Source: an uncultured Dehalococcoidia bacterium
Lineage (GTDB): Bacteria > Chloroflexota > Dehalococcoidia > Lucifugimonadales > UBA3495
Reading direction: 5' to 3'
Length of the DNA: 39,348 bases
Assembly (NCBI GenBank): GCA_950072105.1
Contig: CATMOE010000034.1
Location: forward strand, 1 to 39,348
The notes beneath the pieces were generated by a model. The model did no database searches, was not told the origin of the DNA, and saw only the letters and a list, made by a program, of their open reading frames with translations. Shown piece by piece: positions 20,620 to 29,914 of the stretch (the first letter of the stretch is position 1; every line of letters starts with the position of its first letter). The translations under genes were made by a program, and so were the position numbers.

Positions 20620-20820
20620 ATGGATTCCAATCCAAAGACCACCGTGTTGCGAATAATCGAATCTATGTCAGATGACGCCTCGCTGGAAGATATAATGTAC
20701 GAGCTTTTCTTCCGCCAGCGGATTGACCTGGGACTAGAAGAACTGCGCCAAGGGCTAACCGTCTCCCAAGACGATGTAAAACGGAGCTTACCCCAATGGC
20801 TTCAGTCCGTTGGACACTAG
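20620..20820 (+). CDS. putative antitoxin of a RelE/ParE module
   Basis: 66 aa acidic protein (LEDIMYELFFRQRIDLGL...VSQDDV), SD GGGAGG, overlaps the toxin start. Confidence 0.75.
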   Translation: MDSNPKTTVLRIIESMSDDASLEDIMYELFFRQRIDLGLEELRQGLTVSQDDVKRSLPQWLQSVGH

Positions 20821-21110
20821 GTGCGAGGTAAGACCTACGAGGGACAGTCGATTTCGTAAGCCGCTACTCTAAAATGTATGGCGCGGCATTAACTGCCCGG
20901 ATCGTCTCTTCCGTCGATAGGCTCGAGACTTTCCCGATGCTTGGTAGGATGGTACCCGAGTATAGTGACGAGAATCTCCGTGAAATCATCGTCGGAAACT
21001 ACCGCGTCGTATATCTGTTCGATGGGTCTGATATCGGAATCGTCGCTGTCGTCCACGGCAGCCGCAACATGGTTGGGCGATTAGGTATAGAACCTTGGGT
21101 CATTCGATAA
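20796..21110 (+). pseudogene. RelE/ParE family toxin with in-frame TAA at codon 12
   Basis: MASVRWTLGAR*DLRGTVDFV...LETFPMLGRMVPEY..LREIIVGNYRVVY...VVHGSR; stop at 20829-20831. Confidence 0.82.
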
Positions 21111-21171
21111 ATTTCTTATCCCGGTAGGCATTGTCCTTAGACAAAACACCGATAACATTACGCCCCTCTCC

Positions 21172-21196
21172 AACACCCTCTCATCGAGAGGGTGTT
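21172..21196. terminator. hairpin after TA module
   Basis: AACACCCTCTC-ATC-GAGAGGGTGTT followed by T-rich sequence. Confidence 0.65.
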
Positions 21197-21270
21197 TCCA
21201 TTTTAGGCTCAATCATTGTATTAAAAACAATATTAATTTCAAAAATTGACCAAACTCGAACCCCAAACCC

Positions 21271-21300
21271 TTGAATCTCCAAGAGTCCGGCTGATATAAC
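21271..21300 (+). promoter_or_regulatory. putative minCDE promoter
   Basis: TTGAAT-18 nt-TATAAC with extended TG and AT-rich upstream region. Confidence 0.5.
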
Positions 21301-21397
21301 CGAGATTACATAATCGGGAACGGATCATGTTTCTTGGCTTGCCAGCCGGGACCGACTTCCCGGCAACTAACTCACCCGGCCACCGGGAGATTATTGG

Positions 21398-22522
21398 ATG
21401 ACTCAAAACTCGACAAAAAACTCTGTAGTGCAGGTATCGGGTAGAGGCACCAACGTCGAATTTATCATCGACGATGTGTCTCCCTTCGACCAGATCATCA
21501 AAGGTCTCCGGGACTATCTGGTGGAAAACCGGGGAATGTGGTCAGGCGGCGCGATCGCCGTCAATGTTGGCAACCGGTTGACTTCCCGGGACCAACTCAA
21601 CGAGATAAAAAAGATAATCGAATACGGGTCCGGTCTCACCGTGATCCGGTTCTCATGCTCTCCGGAAACCATGGCCACACCGCCCAGCGACCCCGGCCCC
21701 GTCCGGCCGCTGCAGCACAATGAAGTCATAATCCCTGCCCGGAAGCCTACCGTGGCGCCTCCGCCCCCGGTGAGGCCGGCCGCCGCGCCCGCTGCCCCAT
21801 CGGTCGTTGAGGCTTCTCGAATCGTACAGCCCCCCAAGACATATCCCCAACATAATGAAGTGATCATTCCGGAACGGAAACCCACCGTCGTACCGCCGCT
21901 GCCAGTTGATCCGGTCGCCACTCCGGCTGCCTCAAACGAGGCGACTAGGCAGACTGGCATGCCGATCAAAGAGGCTGCTCAGGTTGTCTCGCCCACCCAA
22001 ACCCATCGACAGGATAACGCCGCGACGCCGGAGCCGATTCGTGTGCAACACGAGCCTTCGGACGTCGTAGAAGCCGAGCAACCCCTGTTGATGGACGAGG
22101 AACTGGGCAACTCGCCGCGGCCCAGCTATCTCCAGAGCCAGCGGGACACGGCCCTGCTGGTGAAATCCACGTGCCGCTCCGGTGAGATTATCCGGCATCA
22201 GGGTGACGTGGTGGTGCTGGGAGACGTCAATCCGGGGGCCGAAGTGGTGGCCAGCGGCGACATTGCGGTATTTGGATGCCTGCGTGGCTTTGCCCACGCC
22301 GGCAGCGAGGGAGATACCAAGGCGACCATCGTGGCGCTGAGTCTGGGGTCGCCGAGGCTTCAGATCGGACCTCACGTTGGGATCTCCAGCGGCAACAAGG
22401 TAGAACCTAAATATACCGATTCCGGTCCCGTGATCGCTTACGCGCGGCGGCGGTCGATACACGTCGCCCTATTCAAGGGCCGGTTCTTCAAATACGGCAA
22501 AGGAGAGTTGTATGACGGGTAG
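21398..22522 (+). CDS. minC: septum site-determining protein MinC with long Pro-rich linker
   Basis: C-terminal RSGE...GDVVVLGDVNPGAEVVASGDIAVFGCLRGFAHAG; overlaps minD. Confidence 0.92.
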   Translation: MTQNSTKNSVVQVSGRGTNVEFIIDDVSPFDQIIKGLRDYLVENRGMWSGGAIAVNVGNRLTSRDQLNEIKKIIEYGSGLTVIRFSCSPETMATPPSDPGPVRPLQHNEVIIPARKPTVAPPPPVRPAAAPAAPSVVEASRIVQPPKTYPQHNEVIIPERKPTVVPPLPVDPVATPAASNEATRQTGMPIKEAAQVVSPTQTHRQDNAATPEPIRVQHEPSDVVEAEQPLLMDEELGNSPRPSYLQSQRDTALLVKSTCRSGEIIRHQGDVVVLGDVNPGAEVVASGDIAVFGCLRGFAHAGSEGDTKATIVALSLGSPRLQIGPHVGISSGNKVEPKYTDSGPVIAYARRRSIHVALFKGRFFKYGKGELYDG

Positions 22523-23330
22523 AACTATAGTTATCACATCGGGCAAGGGGGGTGTCGGCAAGACCACTGCCACGGCCAACCTGGGCACCGCTCTGGCCAT
22601 GCGCGGCCACAAGGTCGTGGTCATCGACACCGACATCGGCCTCCGCAATCTTGACGTAATAATGGGTTTGGAGAACCGGATCGTTTACGATCTAGTCAAC
22701 GTTATCGAAGGCAAGTGCAAGATGCACCAGGCCATGATCCGGGACAAGCATCAGCTTGAGCTATTCTTGATTCCAGCAGCCCAAACCAGGGATAAGGACT
22801 CCATCGGACCGGAGCAACTTAGGGAACTGTGCGAGAAGCTGGAGAGTGAATTCGACTACGTGCTGATGGACTGCCCCGCCGGTATAGAAGGCGGTTTCAA
22901 GAACGCGGTCGCCGCTGCCAAAGAGGCCATTCTGGTGACCACGCCGGAGGTATCCGCCATCCGCGACGCCGATCGGGTGATAGGTCTGTTGGAGGCGTCC
23001 GAGCTGCACCGGCCCAAGCTGATTATCAATCGGATCGACACCAACATGGTCAAGCATGGCGACATGATGAACAAGGACGATATCGTAGAGCTTCTGTCGG
23101 TTGAGGTCTTGGGATTGGTGCCCGCGGACGAACACACGATCACTGCCGCCAACCGGGGCATTCCGGTGGTTTACGACAAGAAGGCGCCTTCAGGGTCCGC
23201 GTTCCTTAGGATCGCCGCCAGGGTCGATGGGGACGAAGTGCCTTTCATGGACTTGGAGCCTAGACTCAGCATAATGGACCGGGTCAAAGGTTTGGTAGGA
23301 CTTAACGGGAGGGCGTATTCCCATGCGTGA
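22512..23330 (+). CDS. minD: septum site-determining ATPase MinD
   Basis: TSGKGGVGKTT, DIGLRNLD, DCPAGIE, RDADR. Confidence 0.97.
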   Translation: MTGRTIVITSGKGGVGKTTATANLGTALAMRGHKVVVIDTDIGLRNLDVIMGLENRIVYDLVNVIEGKCKMHQAMIRDKHQLELFLIPAAQTRDKDSIGPEQLRELCEKLESEFDYVLMDCPAGIEGGFKNAVAAAKEAILVTTPEVSAIRDADRVIGLLEASELHRPKLIINRIDTNMVKHGDMMNKDDIVELLSVEVLGLVPADEHTITAANRGIPVVYDKKAPSGSAFLRIAARVDGDEVPFMDLEPRLSIMDRVKGLVGLNGRAYSHA

Positions 23331-23625
23331 ATTCATTAGATGGTTAGTGAACCAGCTCGCGGCTGCCGAGGCGGAGGAGCCCAGCGGCGTCACCGCCAAG
23401 CAGCGGTTACAATTGGTCTTGATCCAGGACCGTCTGGATCTGCCCTCCGATAAGATGGAGGCCATGAAAAAGGAGATATGGGAGGTCGTGTCCCGCTACC
23501 TAGCCGTGGCCGAGGACTTCCTAGAGTTCGAGATCAAGAAGCTGGACGAGCTGGTGGTGCTCGTATCCAACATACAGGTCAACGACGCCAGCGAACTGAT
23601 CCCCGTCCCCGCCCCCGCCGGCTGA
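23323..23625 (+). CDS. minE: cell division topological specificity factor MinE
   Basis: SGVTAKQRLQLVLIQDR, MKKEIWEVVSRY; follows minD. Confidence 0.93.
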   Translation: MREFIRWLVNQLAAAEAEEPSGVTAKQRLQLVLIQDRLDLPSDKMEAMKKEIWEVVSRYLAVAEDFLEFEIKKLDELVVLVSNIQVNDASELIPVPAPAG

Positions 23626-23680
23626 ACGCGAAATCCTAAGCACAACCCCCGCCGATCACCGGCGGGCAATACCTATTTAA

Positions 23681-23717
23681 AAGCCCCACCCCCGATTCGG
23701 CAATAAGGGTGGGGCTT
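23681..23717. terminator. hairpin after minE
   Basis: AAGCCCCACCC...GGGTGGGGCTT. Confidence 0.6.
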
Positions 23718-23810
23718 AATCTATTTTCTGAGATTGGCCATTCAGGCCTGTTCGCCGTTGAACCACTCCCGCGGCAGGGCGTATAGTAATGCCAATCTTT
23801 GGGAGTAGAT

Positions 23811-25010
23811 ATGGCAGAAGCGGAAGTATTGGTTATCGGAGGAGGAATCGCCGGGGCGTCTACAGCGTACCACCTGGCCTTGGATGGGCATGACGTTGTT
23901 TTGTTGGAGCGCGGGGAGATCGCTTCTGAAGCATCCGGGGTCAATGCCGGTAACATCGGCGCCCTGGGCTGGGGGAATGTGCCCAACCTCCAGTCCCATC
24001 TGACCATGGGAAGCTTGGAGATGTTCAAGAGTCTCCAGCTTGATCAGGGTTTCGACATCGAATTCCGGAATTCGGCCAACATTCAAACGATCCACACCGA
24101 GCAGCAGTACGACTTTATTCGGGACCGGGTGCTGGCCCTCCAGTCTCAGGGATATTCAGCGGAACTCCTGACCAACCGGGAGATGCGCAGCATCGAGCCT
24201 GAAGCCAGCCCCCGACTCCTAGGGTGCATGTATACACCCTTACGCGCTCAAGCCGACCCTGGGAAAGCTACCACGGCCTTCGCCACCGCCGCCGCCCAGC
24301 AAGGCGCCCGGATCCTGACCCACCACGAGGTAACCAACATAACTGCTTTGGGCGACGGTACCTACCGGGTCGCCGCCGCGGGAGAGGATTTTCATGCCGA
24401 AAATGTCGTACTGGCAACCGGAGCCTGGTGTGGTCCTCTGGGAGCGATGCTGAGGATACGGATACCCATTATTGCCGTGCGTGGCCAGATGTGGGCCACG
24501 CCTGTCCTTCCCCTTAGAGTATTCCATACCCTATCGTCGTCCGAGTCGGCCCTCCAATGGAACACCGAACAGGGCAACGATTCCGAAACGCCACCCGACT
24601 TGACTCACCATGGAAAAACCCGGACCACCCGGCACCTGTACGGCCGGCAGACCCAGGCCGGGGAGGTCATCTTCGGGGGCGACCGCCAGGTGTCCGGCTA
24701 CGACCTGAATATAGACGCCGAAGGTATCGAAGTTAACCGGGGACATGCCACCGAGTTGATGCCATTTCTGAAGGATATTCCCATCAGCCGCACTTGGGCC
24801 GGGACCATGCCCTTCTCCCTGGACGGATCGCCTATTATCGGTAAGATTCCCCAGCGGGCGAATCTGTACATCGTGAGCGGAATGGCGTCGTCGGGATTCG
24901 GGCGGGGACCGATGGCCGGCAAGCTATTGGCGGACTACATCCACACCGGACACCGCCCCCAAGTCCTAGCTGAGTCCGACCCGGCCCGATGCGTCACGGA
25001 AGATGATTAG
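23811..25010 (+). CDS. FAD-dependent oxidoreductase, DAO / sarcosine oxidase beta-like
   Basis: VIGGGIAG, ASGVNAG, LATGAW, VRGQ, TWAG..PFSLDG, GFGRGP. Confidence 0.88.
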   Translation: MAEAEVLVIGGGIAGASTAYHLALDGHDVVLLERGEIASEASGVNAGNIGALGWGNVPNLQSHLTMGSLEMFKSLQLDQGFDIEFRNSANIQTIHTEQQYDFIRDRVLALQSQGYSAELLTNREMRSIEPEASPRLLGCMYTPLRAQADPGKATTAFATAAAQQGARILTHHEVTNITALGDGTYRVAAAGEDFHAENVVLATGAWCGPLGAMLRIRIPIIAVRGQMWATPVLPLRVFHTLSSSESALQWNTEQGNDSETPPDLTHHGKTRTTRHLYGRQTQAGEVIFGGDRQVSGYDLNIDAEGIEVNRGHATELMPFLKDIPISRTWAGTMPFSLDGSPIIGKIPQRANLYIVSGMASSGFGRGPMAGKLLADYIHTGHRPQVLAESDPARCVTEDD

Positions 25011-25079
25011 GCTGATCTGAGGATCGTTGCCACTAAGCCCGGAATACTTGACACCCATTTTCCGCAATCAGAGGTATTT

Positions 25080-26282
25080 ATGCGCCTGGTCCTGACCAAT
25101 GCCACGTTGATCGACTGCCTGAACCCTGATCCGATTCCTCAAGCCAGCGTCTCGGTAGAAGAAGGCCGCATTGTTGAGGTCACCGATGGTAGCCGGTCCC
25201 CGGACACCCGTGATGCTCAGGTGATCGATCTGGACGGGGCTTTTTTGCTGCCCGGACTTTGGGACGTCCATATCCACCCGGAACACGTCTCCCATCCAAT
25301 CCTAACCGTCGCCCAACAAACCGCCCGGTTTGGCCGCAACTTGATTCATGGGATGACCGAGGCCGGGGTGCTGGGGGTCCGCTGCGGCGGCGCCGCCAAC
25401 TTCATGGACGTGGCCTGGCGGGATGTGTTTGCATCGGGGCAGCCCGACGGACCCCGTGTGTTTGCCTGCGGGAACTTCCTTACCACTACCGGTGGTCACT
25501 TCCTCACTTCGGGTCACGCCCGGGAGTGTGACGGCCCCTACGGCTTCGTGCAGGCCATCCGGGAGCAGATCAAGAACGCGGTGAACCATATCAAGGTTAA
25601 CCTGTCCGGCGGCGTGATGGGTCCCTTCTGGGACCGGCACACCCACTCGTTTTGGCTTCAAGAAGAGCTTGAGTCCGCCTTCGAGATTTGCCAACAGCGC
25701 GGCTACGATGTCATGGCCCACGCCACCAATCCCGATGCGGTCAAAGCGGCGGTGCGGCTAGGCGCTCGTAGCGTGGAGCATGGCTACATCATGGACGAAG
25801 ATTGCATCCAGTTGCTTCAGGAACGGGACACCTGGTACGTCCCAACCCTGGCAATCACCCATCTGACTCCGTCACAGGCCAGTTCGGAACGGGAGAAGCG
25901 TTGGGTGGAGCAGCGGGCCATGGCTCCGGACCTGGTTGAGCGCGCCGATGCCGCGTCGGATACTCACCGCACGTGGTTCCTACAGGCCCTTCGCTCGGGT
26001 GTTAACATGGCCCTGGGGTCCGACATTTTGCCGCTGCGGGAGTCGGCCCTGCTGGAGATGGGGCTGTGGGTCAAGGACGGTGCGACGCCGTGGCAGACCT
26101 TGCTGGCGGCCACCAGGAACGCCGCCCAGCTTTGCGGCCGGGGCGACGATCTGGGGACCGTGGAGACGGGCAAGATCGCCGATCTGATCGTTGTTGCCGG
26201 CAACCCGCTGCAGGACATAGCGTATATCGGCAATCTTCTTCTCGTTATCAAAGAGGGCCGGGTGGTCTCCGACCACCGTTAA
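25080..26282 (+). CDS. amidohydrolase family protein
   Basis: LPGLWDVHIH, IKV, MAHA, EHG, GSD, GKIADLIV. Confidence 0.9.
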   Translation: MRLVLTNATLIDCLNPDPIPQASVSVEEGRIVEVTDGSRSPDTRDAQVIDLDGAFLLPGLWDVHIHPEHVSHPILTVAQQTARFGRNLIHGMTEAGVLGVRCGGAANFMDVAWRDVFASGQPDGPRVFACGNFLTTTGGHFLTSGHARECDGPYGFVQAIREQIKNAVNHIKVNLSGGVMGPFWDRHTHSFWLQEELESAFEICQQRGYDVMAHATNPDAVKAAVRLGARSVEHGYIMDEDCIQLLQERDTWYVPTLAITHLTPSQASSEREKRWVEQRAMAPDLVERADAASDTHRTWFLQALRSGVNMALGSDILPLRESALLEMGLWVKDGATPWQTLLAATRNAAQLCGRGDDLGTVETGKIADLIVVAGNPLQDIAYIGNLLLVIKEGRVVSDHR

Positions 26283-26339
26283 TATCATTCTTTCCCTTCG
26301 GTTTAACCCCAAAGTCTGGTGGATGTATAAGGAGAAATA

Positions 26340-27185
26340 ATGCCGGCAGCGAAAATCAACATCGGTAACGTGGAGATCACGTCTTTGTCCGACGGGATCT
26401 TGGAATTTGACCTCTGCAACTTTTTCCCGGAGATTCCGGCGGAAAGTTGGGATGGTTACCGGCAGCACCTTACCGAGGAACAGCATGTCAGGTTCAATCT
26501 AGCCTGTTTTCTTATTAGATCCGACGGACACACCATTATCGTCGATACCGGCCTGGGTCCCAAGCCGGCGGACGCACCGGAGACTCCGTGGGGTGAACTC
26601 CTGAACGATCTCACTGCCCAAGGGCTCCGTCCCGAGGACATCGATATGGTCGTAATGACCCACTTGCACCGGGACCATGTGGGCTGGAACCTGCAATACC
26701 AGGGCGGCAAGTACGTCCCCACCTTCCCCAATGCCCGGTACTACATGAGCGGGATCGATTGGGAGGCCTGCCATGATCCTGAATTGATCGAGTCACGGTT
26801 TCCCAATGCCCCAGAGTGCGTTTGGCCGCTGGAGGAGCTTGGCCTAACGGTGTTGATGGACGGAGAGTTTTCCATAACCAGTGAGCTGACCACTTTGCCC
26901 ACACCGGGCCACACTCCGGGTCACATGAGCATCATGATCTCTTCCCAGGGCCAACGAGGGTTGGTCCTGGGGGACGTGTTACACAACGTCGTCCAGGCCC
27001 ACGAAACCGACTGGGTTTCCCGGGCCGACATCGACCCGGAACAAACCCGTATCACCCGTCGTTCCTTGATGGAGCAACTGGAGCGCGATGGGACCACGGT
27101 GGCGGCGGTTCACCTCCCGGCGCCGGGTTTCGGCAAGATCCTGAAGGCCGAGGGCCGCCGGTACTGGCAGGCCCTGGACCTCTAG
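26340..27185 (+). CDS. MBL-fold metallo-hydrolase
   Basis: VDTG, THLHRDHVG, PGHTPGH, GDVLH. Confidence 0.9.
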   Translation: MPAAKINIGNVEITSLSDGILEFDLCNFFPEIPAESWDGYRQHLTEEQHVRFNLACFLIRSDGHTIIVDTGLGPKPADAPETPWGELLNDLTAQGLRPEDIDMVVMTHLHRDHVGWNLQYQGGKYVPTFPNARYYMSGIDWEACHDPELIESRFPNAPECVWPLEELGLTVLMDGEFSITSELTTLPTPGHTPGHMSIMISSQGQRGLVLGDVLHNVVQAHETDWVSRADIDPEQTRITRRSLMEQLERDGTTVAAVHLPAPGFGKILKAEGRRYWQALDL

Positions 27186-27195
27186 GCGGGAATAG

Positions 27196-27816
27196 ATGGC
27201 GCAAGACTTGAAGTGGTGGGCCGAAGGGGACCTGCTGGACGCATGCAACTGCGATCTTCTCTGCCCTTGCCACGTTTCGTTTCACCAGAAGGCGACCAAC
27301 GATACTTGCGAGGCGATCTGGGGTGTGAACATCCAACGCGGCGAGTGGGGGCAGACACCCCTGGACGGCCTCAGAGCTGTGATCGTCGCATTAGCCCCAG
27401 GACTCATGATCGAAGGCGGCTGGACCTCCCTGCTGTACATCGACGATAAAGCCACGCCCGCCCAAGAAAAGGCATTGACCAGCATATTCTCCGGGACATC
27501 GGGCGGTCCTTGGTCGAGGCTTGCCGTGTTTTTCACCGATGGGAAATATAAAGCCGTCAGTCGGGCGACGATTGCATTTTCTAAGCAGCAGCGGACTCGT
27601 CACATCGAGGTACCGGGGATAGCCAAATTGGATATCGAGGCCATACGCAGCGTGAACCCGGATGAGGAGGTCAAACTTATAAACCTCCGCAACGTGATTC
27701 ACGGCAATGAGCATGTGCTCGCCAACTCCACCCACACCGTCGACGACCAGGGCATCAAGTGGGAGAACGTGGGCAAGAACGGCCTTTACAGCACCTTTCG
27801 TTGGGACGGTCCCTAG
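27196..27816 (+). CDS. DUF1326-like protein
   Basis: ACNCDLLCPC...CEA, PGLMIEGGW, LYIDDKAT..Q..AL..IFSG..GG. Confidence 0.8.
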   Translation: MAQDLKWWAEGDLLDACNCDLLCPCHVSFHQKATNDTCEAIWGVNIQRGEWGQTPLDGLRAVIVALAPGLMIEGGWTSLLYIDDKATPAQEKALTSIFSGTSGGPWSRLAVFFTDGKYKAVSRATIAFSKQQRTRHIEVPGIAKLDIEAIRSVNPDEEVKLINLRNVIHGNEHVLANSTHTVDDQGIKWENVGKNGLYSTFRWDGP

Positions 27817-27863
27817 CACGTCGGCAAATTCATTGGGATGGACTGAACCTGCAGGTGGCTGAG

Positions 27864-28325
27864 CTAGGCTTCCGCCGGGAATACCGTGTCTAGCTTGGCC
27901 GAGCTGTCGAAGAAGTGCTGGAGGCTTTGGTTCACCCGGAAGAAGATGTCCGCCCGTAACTGGTCACCGGTGGCGTTTTGTGACAACCCGTCCTCGGCCA
28001 TCAGATCCAGGGTGTTTAGCGTGTGGCTAAGGTCGGCGCCGCCGTTCTCTTTCGTGTTCTGAATCAGGTCGTTCCACTTTTCCTCGTTCATTTCTAGGAA
28101 AAAGTCCAGGTCGATCAGGTCGAACTCGGTGCCTTCCCTAACGTTGGAGCACTCGAAGGCTTCGAAAGTGACCACGAAAACCTTGGGGCCGATCTTAACT
28201 CCCATGGTGGCGTCGATGCTGCCCAGCCGCCGGAATTCAGGGTCATTGTTAACCAGTTCTTGTATCGCCTGAAACCACTCAAGGGAAGGGAAAACTAGGG
28301 CTCCGCTGGTGCTGGATGCCATCAA
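27864..28325 (-). CDS. SCP2 (sterol carrier)-like small protein
   Basis: FPSLEWFQAIQELVNND N-terminal motif typical of bacterial SCP2-like proteins; fold call is an inference. Confidence 0.55.
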   Translation of the reverse strand: MMASSTSGALVFPSLEWFQAIQELVNNDPEFRRLGSIDATMGVKIGPKVFVVTFEAFECSNVREGTEFDLIDLDFFLEMNEEKWNDLIQNTKENGGADLSHTLNTLDLMAEDGLSQNATGDQLRADIFFRVNQSLQHFFDSSAKLDTVFPAEA

Positions 28326-28364
28326 ACGTCTCCTGGCTTTAACGTCACGATTAAGCTTGGCGGG

Positions 28365-28673
28365 CTACTCTTTGAAGTATGGATCTCCGGCCGACTTGGC
28401 CTTGCTGAAGGGCACCATCTTGCGCATGTGGTAATCTGGGTCGGTATCTCTGGGGGCCTTGGTCAAGGCCTGGTCCACCATCTTGTGATACTTGGGGTCT
28501 AGCTCCGCCCGTTTAGTGGCCTCCGACTTTACATAAGTAAAGGCGGAAATGATTCTGTTGAGTCCCTCGCTGCCGCAGTACCGGCAATTGGACGGCGCCG
28601 GCGACCCGTAAGAGCGCAGGAAGAAGCTGTCCGTGTTGTCGCAATCTTGACAGCGATACTCGTAGATAGGCAT
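28365..28673 (-). CDS. FmdB-family zinc-ribbon protein
   Basis: MPIYEYRCQDC...CRYCGS..LNRIIS. Confidence 0.88.
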   Translation of the reverse strand: MPIYEYRCQDCDNTDSFFLRSYGSPAPSNCRYCGSEGLNRIISAFTYVKSEATKRAELDPKYHKMVDQALTKAPRDTDPDYHMRKMVPFSKAKSAGDPYFKE

Positions 28674-28681
28674 GGTCATCC

Positions 28682-29821
28682 CTAGGCGGGACTGGACTCC
28701 CTTTGGCCCAGATAAACCGCCAGGTCCTGATCCAGGTTGTCCGCGGTTTTGTCCACGCCGATCCACTTCATCCGGGTGAGATATTCCTCCATGTACCGCC
28801 GCTGTAGATTCTTCACCTCGGCCATGCCCTCGGCGATGTGGTCGACACTACCGGCGATATAGATGGCCAAGGCCTCCCAGAGCACCGGGTCCTTCATCTC
28901 GGACGCCAAGTCCCGCTCCACGCCTCCCATGAGCCGTCTTAGCCCTAACGCGTAGTCCGGGCCTTTCTCATCGACAGCGTACTTAAGGTGGGCCATTCCG
29001 TAGGCCATGTGCCGGGCTTTATCTTGCATGCAGCTCCGGAAAAGCTGCTTTTCGGCTGGGTAATGGGCGTAGGCTTCGCCGTAGCGGTAGAGCAGCAGAG
29101 TCAACGTTCCACGGAGAATGTATAGGTACAGGGCCGTTTCGGTCCATCCTGATCTGCTTTCCAGGATGCGGCGGTTGATGTGCCCGGGACTTTCCAGGCC
29201 GAGGCGGCCGCCGTTGGCCAGAGCCCTTTGACGAAACGCGGAGTAATGCCGTCCGGAGTCGAACAGCTCGGTGGCCAGGAAAGTCTTGACCTCGTGATAG
29301 GCGTAGTTCATGTGGTGGAGCCACTGCCCTATCACGTCGGTTTCGATGGAAGCCTGTTGGGCCAATTCCGTGCAGAACTGGCGGGTGGCCAACTCAACTT
29401 CCTCGGGCAATGGTTCGAGAATATCGCCTATAGATTCCCCAAGCGTCTCCCAGGGTATGTCTATATGGGCCATCCACCGCCGCTGGATAGCTTCCTCGTA
29501 CAAGTCCACCGCATTGTCGGCCCAGAGTTCCACCTTATGGTTAAGGGTGTACAGGTCGGTGCGGGGCACACCGGGAACGGGGAAGGCTCCCCTTGGTTTG
29601 CGGCTCATGTCCCGGCTCTCTTCGGGCACGTCTCCGTAGATGCCGACGTTGATGTCCCGCATCGTCAGTCCGTGCTTTCCAGGCCGGGCTTTAACGCCCC
29701 ACTCCAATGTGTCTTGCATCCAAGTCAGCCGTTCGGGAGAGGAATCTTGACCCTCTGTCTCGGTCGACTCCGGTTCTTGGCCGTCGGACGGTTTTTCTTC
29801 TGGGGTTTCAGGTGTGGACAT
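28682..29821 (-). CDS. ferritin-like domain protein, metal ligands degenerate (beta-like)
   Basis: Paralog of the upstream gene (DIPWET, RALANGG, AEK); ExxH motifs read DSGRH and QDKARH. Confidence 0.8.
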   Translation of the reverse strand: MSTPETPEEKPSDGQEPESTETEGQDSSPERLTWMQDTLEWGVKARPGKHGLTMRDINVGIYGDVPEESRDMSRKPRGAFPVPGVPRTDLYTLNHKVELWADNAVDLYEEAIQRRWMAHIDIPWETLGESIGDILEPLPEEVELATRQFCTELAQQASIETDVIGQWLHHMNYAYHEVKTFLATELFDSGRHYSAFRQRALANGGRLGLESPGHINRRILESRSGWTETALYLYILRGTLTLLLYRYGEAYAHYPAEKQLFRSCMQDKARHMAYGMAHLKYAVDEKGPDYALGLRRLMGGVERDLASEMKDPVLWEALAIYIAGSVDHIAEGMAEVKNLQRRYMEEYLTRMKWIGVDKTADNLDQDLAVYLGQRESSPA

Positions 29822-29914
29822 GATTATCTGACCTATTTCGGGTGGGTTTAGTACAGAAACAAGAAGACCTCCCGGGTGGAACCAGGGAGGCCTTGGCTTG
29901 CCGGATAGGTTTGG

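Noticed and set aside
23811..25010. thiO (glycine oxidase) call
   Set aside because: Generic DAO-family motifs only, and it lies 9 kb from the thi operon
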